A program made the position numbers and the translations under genes. Below, piece after piece: positions 57,901 to 64,000 of a stretch of 64,000 nucleotides of DNA. Positions within the stretch are counted from its first letter, which is position 1, and each line of letters opens with the position of its first letter. The notes below the pieces were generated by a model. It searched no databases. It was not told the origin of the DNA and worked only from the letters and a program-made list of their open reading frames with translations. The stretch comes from Selaginella moellendorffii. Taxonomy: Eukaryota; Plantae; Lycopodiophyta. The stretch is taken from assembly GCF_000143415.4 (NCBI RefSeq), contig NW_003314266.1, positions 3,542,398 through 3,606,397 of the forward strand, given 5' to 3'.

Positions 57901-59288
57901 CCGGTTGTAAAAATGGCCAGCCTCCGTACTCTTTTTGCCCTTGCGGCTGCTCGCAAATGGCAAGTCCACCATATGGATGTCAAAACTGCATTTCTGAATG
58001 GGGATTTGCAAGAGGACATCTATATGCATATACCTCCTGGTTTTGAGGACGATGTTGCCCCTGGTGGCCCTATATGGCAATTGTGGAAAGCTTTGTATGG
58101 CTTAAAACAAAGCTCTCGTATTTGGTATCAAAAATTTGATGCCACCCTACGTGCTCAAGGCTTTCGTCGCTGTCATGCTGATCACAATGTGTATGTCAAT
58201 GGTCATGCTGAGCGCATGGTTATTGTGGCCCTCTACGTTGATGATTTGCTCATCATGGGTGATGACAACGATGCCATTGCTGCTCTGAAAGATGCTCTCA
58301 GCCAGCAATTCCAGATGAAGGACCTTGGCAGAGTCTCCTACTTTCTTGGCTTTGAAGTCACACGTGATCCTGATTCTGGTGGCTACATGCTTAGCCAACG
58401 ACGTAAAGTCGAAGTCTTGCTGGATTGGTTTGGTATGCGTGATTGCCACCCCGTCAAGACCCCGATGGTCGTTGGTGCTATCGACCTCACAGTTGAGCAG
58501 TCTGGTGAGCCTCTACCCACTGGGACTCCCTATCGGCATCTCATTGGTTGCCTCACATATTTGGCCCTGATGACTCGCCCCGACATCACATATGCGACTA
58601 TTGCCTTGAGTCAGTACAACACATCACCAACCACCATACATTGGCAAGCTGCCAAGCGTATCGTGAGATACCTCCGGGGCACTATGGACTATGGCATTGC
58701 TTATTCAGGGGGTGATGCATCATTAGCATGCTACACAGATGCTAGTTTTGCCAACAACAAAGGTCATCGCTCGACTTCTGGCATTTGCCTTTCCTTCTCA
58801 GGAGGTGCCATCACGTGGGCCTCCAAGCGACAATCTGTGGTGGCCCTTTCTAGTGCAGAAGCGGAGTACATCGCACTCACTACTGGTAGCAGGGATGTGG
58901 TCTGGGCTCGAGGGTTACTTGCTGAGCTGGGATGTGCACAAGCTGGCCCCACTACTTCTTGGTGTGACAACCGAAGCAGCATTGCCATGTCCAAGAACCC
59001 CATCCACCATGCCCGCTCGAAGCACATTGAAGTCCAATTTCACTATGTGCGTGAGTTGGTTGACGGTGGCACCCTCGCCGTCCAACATCTCGGGACACAG
59101 GATATGCCAGCCAATCTTCTCACTAAGCCGTTGGGGCCACACTAGTTTCAGCTCCTACGTGACAGATTTGGTTTGGTGAGTGGCTTCGGTTTGGGGGGGA
59201 GTGTTACACGACACACCTCGCCACGTGTCCATTAGGGTTTTCCTGTTCTGTCCGCTAGCGCGGTGCGCTTTGATCCCGATTTGTCTCA
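54973..59288 (+). mobile_element. Young Ty1/copia LTR retrotransposon with 87-bp LTRs
   Basis: LTRs at 54973-55059 and 59202-59288 (1 mismatch), TSD CCCCT, PBS TGGTATCGGAGC (tRNA-iMet type), PPT GGGGGGGAG. Confidence 0.98.
55084..59145 (+). CDS. Copia Gag-Pol polyprotein (gag-PR-INT-RT-RH), probably defective
   Basis: CARCLAMGHWARDC, WLLDSGCT, LWHKRLGH, HSDLCGP, YKARLV, MDVKTAFL, LYVDDLL, SSAEAEY. Confidence 0.95.
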   Translation: MEGKPSIREFDGEGFEGFKIHLESYLLFHGLLGIVDGTESSPAPGSSAAEVRDWNLRDSKARGSIAMCLSSNVLFAAPSIPKSTAAELWKWLSDTYGTKSEMDVFNIHSQMDSLRLEENGSIQTHTAKLQGFFTQLAAAGAKHCLTDEQQRLRLYRSLPASWKNAVESLLLQPGMTWADAVRSLHNIEAMRSERAEMPQAMYASQASGDAQVAKPHAAANAQKGQNSMASGRAKPRLAKNQCARCLAMGHWARDCPAPKPVKRLATLAKANLLERDGIATANEAVEELYNAEAIAAPSRWLLDSGCTNLMSNKKSLFECYQPSIGKRGVHLGDNTTIPVDGIGQFRLSLDHGRTMAFDGAMHVSTLRRNLMSVAKLCDQNAVVVFDAKGVSLVDSSDFHMLGTQLLRGSRIGDLYEITAVDPVQAFQTVEADSHAELWHKRLGHVHYQSLQRMKSQDIVTGLDFRRIPSTFCEACVLGKHHRRNFSPSKHRALGLLDLVHSDLCGPMDVPSHDGARYFITFIDDYSRRTCIHFLMRKSDAVAAFQTYKAYVENLLGRKIKALRVDGGGEYLNNELRGICRDVGIRLQATARYTPQQNGVAKRKNRTLVNAARALLADAHLDKMFWQEAIATAMHVQNRLATAALDGKTPEAFWTGSTPDVSHFRVFGCAAYAHTPDQLRKKLDPKSKKFIFVGYAQDDTIGRKAYKLWDLASHKAIVSTDVMFNEDDFPMRTEALQDPSFIAETRLVPLIPLMGDGPLLPPPQDPIYELPPEIPLGNPPLLDMLEPADAPLVEDRPPTPPTPPPPCRRRGMPDPMPVLDHPRERRPSLKVRENAEADAAELDDFCGLIDIGIPMTYDEAISGPEASSWMEAIAEEVSSIRANGTYVPVDSAPPGRRVLDPKWIFSKKYGKDGQVVRYKARLVVRGFRQVHGLDYDETFSPVVKMASLRTLFALAAARKWQVHHMDVKTAFLNGDLQEDIYMHIPPGFEDDVAPGGPIWQLWKALYGLKQSSRIWYQKFDATLRAQGFRRCHADHNVYVNGHAERMVIVALYVDDLLIMGDDNDAIAALKDALSQQFQMKDLGRVSYFLGFEVTRDPDSGGYMLSQRRKVEVLLDWFGMRDCHPVKTPMVVGAIDLTVEQSGEPLPTGTPYRHLIGCLTYLALMTRPDITYATIALSQYNTSPTTIHWQAAKRIVRYLRGTMDYGIAYSGGDASLACYTDASFANNKGHRSTSGICLSFSGGAITWASKRQSVVALSSAEAEYIALTTGSRDVVWARGLLAELGCAQAGPTTSWCDNRSSIAMSKNPIHHARSKHIEVQFHYVRELVDGGTLAVQHLGTQDMPANLLTKPLGPH

Positions 59289-59482
59289 CCCCTAAGTCTT
59301 CCACAAGTACAAGAAAAAGAGTTTTTTTTTCTGCCAGGTTAAAGCACAAGATGTTGGTATCATTATTCGTTACGCCCCAATCACAGTCCTGGTTAACAGC
59401 GGTGGCTACACGATCGAAGTGGAGATCCACGACAGCCCCAGCAACACGATCAAAACCTACTTTTCAAACAATGACGGCAAAT

Positions 59483-59557
59483 GCGGGTGTAGTGGTTTAT
59501 CCCAAAAAAAGAAAATCACCAAAATGGTATCTCCGGGTTTGAATCCTGGCACCCTCA
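59483..59557 (+). ncRNA. tRNA-derived (SINE-like) element, copy A (decayed)
   Basis: GGGTGTAGTGGTTTATC...CCGGGTTTGAATCCTGGCACCCTCA followed by a T-run. Confidence 0.6.
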
Positions 59558-59829
59558 CAACATTTTTTAAAACAACACGCTTTGTGCAAGAAAAGAGATG
59601 GAGACAATGGTGACAAACTTGGGAGATATAGATATTTTCTCCTTACACGTATAAGATCAATTTATTTCATGACAAAAATTATCTTATAATAAAGGTCGTT
59701 ATTGAAGATCCTGAGTTTTCCATGCAATCTGTGTGCAAAGTTTTGTTAAGAAGTTCACACGTTTGGTCACAAGAAGAGATTCATATTCACAGTATTATCC
59801 AAAATAATTTTTTCAAATGATTTGCAACG

Positions 59830-60240
59830 AAGTGTGATCTCATTGTTCATGTTCACACCATGAAATGGAATAGGAGCTTGAAAAGGTTGAAGGGAAGGTC
59901 TGTGGCTGTCAAGAGTGAACTCAAAGCCTTGCGTTGGGTTCTGGTCGAAAACCAGTTACAGGCCAAAGACACGATCTCCACAGGATCCATGCACGAATAC
60001 TTTCACCAGAGCTAAAGCACTCTGCCAAAATGCAAAGAAAAGAGCTCCAGGTGTTGATCATCCAGATCCTCCTTTTGTTGATTCATGATCATGATTCACT
60101 GCCCGGCACGGCGTTTTGGTGACCACCTTGTTGAAATGTTGCTCAAGAATGAAGCCAAGGCCGTGGGTGATTACCTGGTATCTGCCAGATCAAGACCTTG
60201 GTAAGTCTGTGGTTCTTGATTGAATCGATCACTCAATTGT
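59830..60240 (+). pseudogene. Inverted pseudogenic copy of the USP-like gene
   Basis: VAVKSELKALRWVL.EN.L remnant and exon boundaries matching 60840-61200 (-). Confidence 0.65.
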
Positions 60241-60809
60241 TGTCCATTTGATCTCAGGGAGGGGGAGGGAATTTCTTAAGCCGGACAGTCAATTGGAAAA
60301 CAATGACGAAATCTGCCTGAAAGCAACCCAAGCTTCATTTCATTCTAAGATCAATCTTAATTTGACTAACTTTTTTTACTTCCAGATCGATTCTTGGCCT
60401 GGAGTGGTTTGCTTTGGAAGCACTGAAGAAGCAAGCAAAGTTCTAGCTTCTCAAAACGATCTTTGAACCTCACTTAGTATTGTGAGCATCAGGCAGTAAG
60501 CATCGGCCGACTCGATAAGAGACCTGCAGTGCACTTGAGTTCTAGCACAAAGAATCTTAAAATCTTAAGCTCAAAACCAGAATAACAAGCACATCCAGCT
60601 TATCACAAGAAAAACCCATCTAGCTTGTTCAAAAAATTATATTATTATAGGATCAACTTTCAATTCTGGGATCATCAACTTGAAGCTTTGGGGGGCTTGC
60701 GATTGGGCTTCACAGAGATCACGTCATAGTCTCCTACACATGGCTCTTCAGGCTCAAGAAACTCAAAACAACACATCCTGGAAGTTAAATCCAGCACTTT
60801 TGAGTGTGA

Positions 60810-61243
60810 TCAATCCAACGAAGAACCACAGAGCGTACCTGCTTGATCTCGCAGACACCAGGTAATCCGCACCCACAGCCTTGGCTTCACTGTTGAGCAA
60901 ACTCTCAACACTGCTTTCATCACGATGCCGCGCCGTGTAGTGAATGGTGAGCTAAACAAACGCAAACATAATAAAGCACCAGTTTTAAGGATCATTCAGA
61001 TTATACCTGAAGCTCTTTCTTTGAATTTTGGCAGAGTGCTTTAGCTCTTTCGAAAGTATTCATCACCCATGGTTCTTCTAGAAGCCCAATACATACGAGA
61101 TAGATCGTGTCCTTGGTGTGCAACCGGTTATCCGCAAGAACCCATTTCAAGGCTTTGAGTTCTGTCTTCACAGCCACAACCCACACCTTCCCTTCCTTTT
61201 TCCCAGCAACATCCTCCAGGCACACGCGGATGCTTTCTCCCAT
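60810..61243 (-). CDS. USP-like (N-terminal domain of plant kinase/U-box proteins) gene or pseudogene
   Basis: VVAVKTELKALKWVLADN..KDTIYLV pattern. Downstream exons are unclear. Confidence 0.45.
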
Positions 61244-61567
61244 TGCTAGTAGATGTATCCTTGTGGTTTTCAATATATATCGTCTAAGTGGCTAAAATTT
61301 CGTTTGCTATTTTTCGACCTCCGTATTAGGGCTGCCTGGAAAACACACCGAATGTGCGCTGCAATGGATGCGTTTTTCAATAAAGTCTTAGTGCATATTT
61401 ATACTGCTACAAATTAATTGTTTAACTAATTACAATATTTTTATTATAGCAGAATCAATTTCTTTTTTAGTGGAATCCTTTAAGCAGGATCTAAATTAAT
61501 TATGTCTACATTCTAGCATATACTAAGATATTCAACTCATAAGGAAATAAGAAAAACAAAATGTATT

Positions 61568-61643
61568 GGGGGTGTAGTGGTTTATCCCAAAACAAAAAAA
61601 GAAACCAAAGTGGTATCTCCGGGTTCGACTCCCGGCACCCTCA
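61568..61643 (+). ncRNA. tRNA-derived (SINE-like) element, copy B
   Basis: Acceptor-like stem GGGGGTG/CACCCTC-A, perfect T-arm CCGGG TTCGACT CCCGG (B-box) and downstream TTTTT. There is no canonical D or anticodon arm. Confidence 0.7.
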
Positions 61644-61749
61644 CTTATTTTTAACATTTTTACCACTCAAATAGAGTTTTATACTAAACATTGGTTTTGA
61701 GCGCTTCAGTCGAAACCTTCAGGAAAAAAGTGAGATGGAATATGAACTT

Positions 61750-63685
61750 GACAGATACCTTGGCTGTCCAGCATTTGCCGTCATTGTTGTGGAAAGCGTT
61801 CACCACTCCAGTGTAATCCAAGTTTTTTATCGTGTTGTAGGCTCCGTCGTGGATCTCCACTTCAATAGTGTAGCCACTGCTGTTAATCAGGAATATGATG
61901 CTCCTTTGGCCGTAACGAATCATGGTACCAACATCTTGTGCTGTAACCTGGAGAGACATACCAGGGAAAAAAAGAAAAGAAACTCTTTTTCTTGTAGACT
62001 TCGGAGTACCTGAAAGGTTCCATCTCCAATGCAAGCGATAACACGCTTCTCTTTCGCACCTTGTCCGTGCCAAGCACGGCACCGACAGAACAGCCAACAG
62101 CTCCGTATTGCATCTGGAATTCATATCTGGAATAAATCCGAGTGATAGAAAACAAATGAAGAAAATATTACAGTTCTCACCCGCAACCATCCGGAAGTTT
62201 CAGCTTTTGACAATTAAACCAAGAACCACCCGTTTCAGAGATCACTGCCGTATCCTTTGATAGCATTCCCTGTAGAGACAAGAGAGAAAGAAAAGAAACC
62301 ATTGAAAGAAAGGTGTAACCTGTATGTGCTTGAAGAATACATTAACTCGGAGCCTTGCGCCAGAGTTTTCCTCGCCGCCAACTTTCGCCAGAGGCACCTA
62401 AAGTCTCACGAAGTTCTCGTAGGAGGTCGCGTGCTTCTTCACCTTAGCCGCGAGGCCGTGGAGGAAGTCATTCATGAGCACGCATCCAAACGAGAGGCCT
62501 CCACCGATGGTCACTCTCTTGAGCTCGACCATGATAGCTTTCTCCTTCTTGATCAGGAGTGAGTATCCCACGGAGCTGTAACCGTTGAAGATCGGCCCGG
62601 CAAAGAGATAAGCGTCGGCCGACTCGACAACTTCGCAGCAGCATGGAGAGCTCACAGCTCCCCAGTAAGTCCCGATGAAGCGTGGATGTGTCTCCGGCCG
62701 ATGGCATCACAGCAGTGGCATACTCGCACGAGTTTGCGAGCTCCACAGTGGCTTTGGCTACTCGAAGCTTTGGACCGGCAACGAGAACTGGCTGTGCGGA
62801 TGCATTGAGGAAATTTGCAGCAGCATCAATGGCAGCATGCAAGCTGTTTTGATTCCTCAGCCTAGTTTGTCGATCACGAAAAGCTGGAAGTTAAATTGGT
62901 TTTCCATTGAGAAAAGTTTGTATACCTCTCCCCGATGCAGTATGGAACTGGATCTTTGCCGAAAGATGGATACTTTGCTGCGGCTAGATTGCAGCTTACG
63001 CTGATGTAAACCGGTTTGCTCCCTCGAAGAGCGGTGGCTATGGCGTAGTCGATCAACTCGTGAGCATCCTCCAGGTCCTTGACAACAACCTGTGAAAGAA
63101 AAATACATGGAGAAACCAGCCAAGTTCCACAAGTGCCTATAAAAGCTTTGTCTTGGTTCCCATAAAGCTATGAAAACAATGCTTGTGTTGTGTCAGCGAG
63201 GAGAGCACGAGGATTTCCAAACAAGCACAAAACAACAAGAACAAAGTACTGCAGGACAAAAATCTTCCACGCAAAAACCATCAAAACCATTGATGAGAGA
63301 TTCCATGCTCCACAAAAATCCAAGTTTTCAATCGCAAGATCTTGATAAATGAATTTTTGCTACCTGAGCACAAGTAACTTGCTTGAAGCATGCGAGCTCC
63401 TGAGTAAAATCCGCGACTCCAGATGAAGAACTCGATTGCTCCCATAGTCATTCGAATTGGGGCCTCCAACGACGCAAATCACCGGCAAATTCTCGCCGCG
63501 ATGGCATTGCCCCCCAACAGTGAACGTCACGACGCAAGCTCCCACGCCTTTGGCCCGCGCGTAGCCATCGGCGGCATACCCAGCATTGAGCTCGTTGCAA
63601 CAGCCCACGAAATTTAGCCGCGGCTCGGCGATGAGCTAGTCGAGTAGTAGCAGATTGAAATCCCCCGGCACGCCGAAAAGCTCTT
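61750..63685 (-). pseudogene. Pyruvate decarboxylase pseudogene
   Basis: FGVPGDFNLLLLD*, CCNELNAGYAADGYARAKG, SKPVYISVSCNL, QMQYG, GYTIEVEIHDG. Contains an in-frame stop and several frameshifting deletions. Confidence 0.9.
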
Positions 63686-64000
63686 CGGCAAGAACCCTAA
63701 ATCTCTAAGAACTTGACAAGTGTCAGAGACACGTGGACAATTCATTAACTTAGATAACGTATGGCCGAACTGGTCTAAGGCGCCAGATGGTCTGCAAGGG
63801 CGTCGCACTCTCAACAAAAAAACTGTGACTTTTTGGATGCAATGCAAGAATCTCAGTGTAGAAACGATCGATCCAATTCTCCAAGTCAATCTTGGGTCGA
63901 TTTAGAGGCTTGTGGACTTTGCGATATTTTGGTTGGAGTTCTTCTTTCTTCCGTGACTTCTGGGGCTGTATCAAGCGTGAATCGAGAAGCCAAAGAAAGA

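Larger units (their letters stand above)
54480..59482 (+). pseudogene. Pyruvate decarboxylase pseudogene fragment interrupted by the copia element
   Basis: FFHGLAAKVKKNPTSYEN, WSVGALLGYA and GGYTIEVEIHD remnants are homologous to 61750-62500, with frameshifts and stops. Confidence 0.85.

Noticed and set aside
61568-61643. Canonical tRNA gene
   Set aside because: No D stem or anticodon stem-loop can be formed.
63750-63974. 74-aa ORF at the window edge
   Set aside because: No recognisable motif and truncated context; cannot be called.

Overview
Eukaryotic nuclear DNA from a compact plant genome. The very short GT-AG introns (about 50-80 nt), tiny intergenic spaces, PPR genes rich in 31-aa motifs and an SLO/BK-family K+ channel are most consistent with a lycophyte such as Selaginella (inference). 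Gene-dense GC-rich islands alternate with AT-rich retrotransposon graveyards. The islands contain a DUF3527 protein, caleosin, an ABF/AREB bZIP, a germin-like protein, three PPRs, a DUSP12-like phosphatase, MyoB, the SLO/BK channel, a VASt protein, a COR27/28-like gene, UreG, a CLE-like peptide precursor, SDHAF1 and an ABCC13-like transporter. The graveyards contain one full-length and three decayed copies of a short-LTR Ty3/gypsy family (4-bp TSD, tRNA-Ala-like PBS, -1 frameshift site plus pseudoknot), nested solo-LTR-like insertions and a 5S-rRNA-derived fragment. A young Ty1/copia element with 87-bp LTRs sits in a scrambled duplication of PDC and USP-like genes that also carries two copies of a tRNA-like element. 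The most notable observations are the SLO/BK channel lacking a Ca2+ bowl, the CLE-like peptide with an extra Asp, two head-to-head PPR ORFs with no intergenic space, the gag-pol frameshift pseudoknot, the Cassandra-like 5S fragment and the tRNA-like repeat. Exon structures were inferred by eye and need RNA-seq confirmation.
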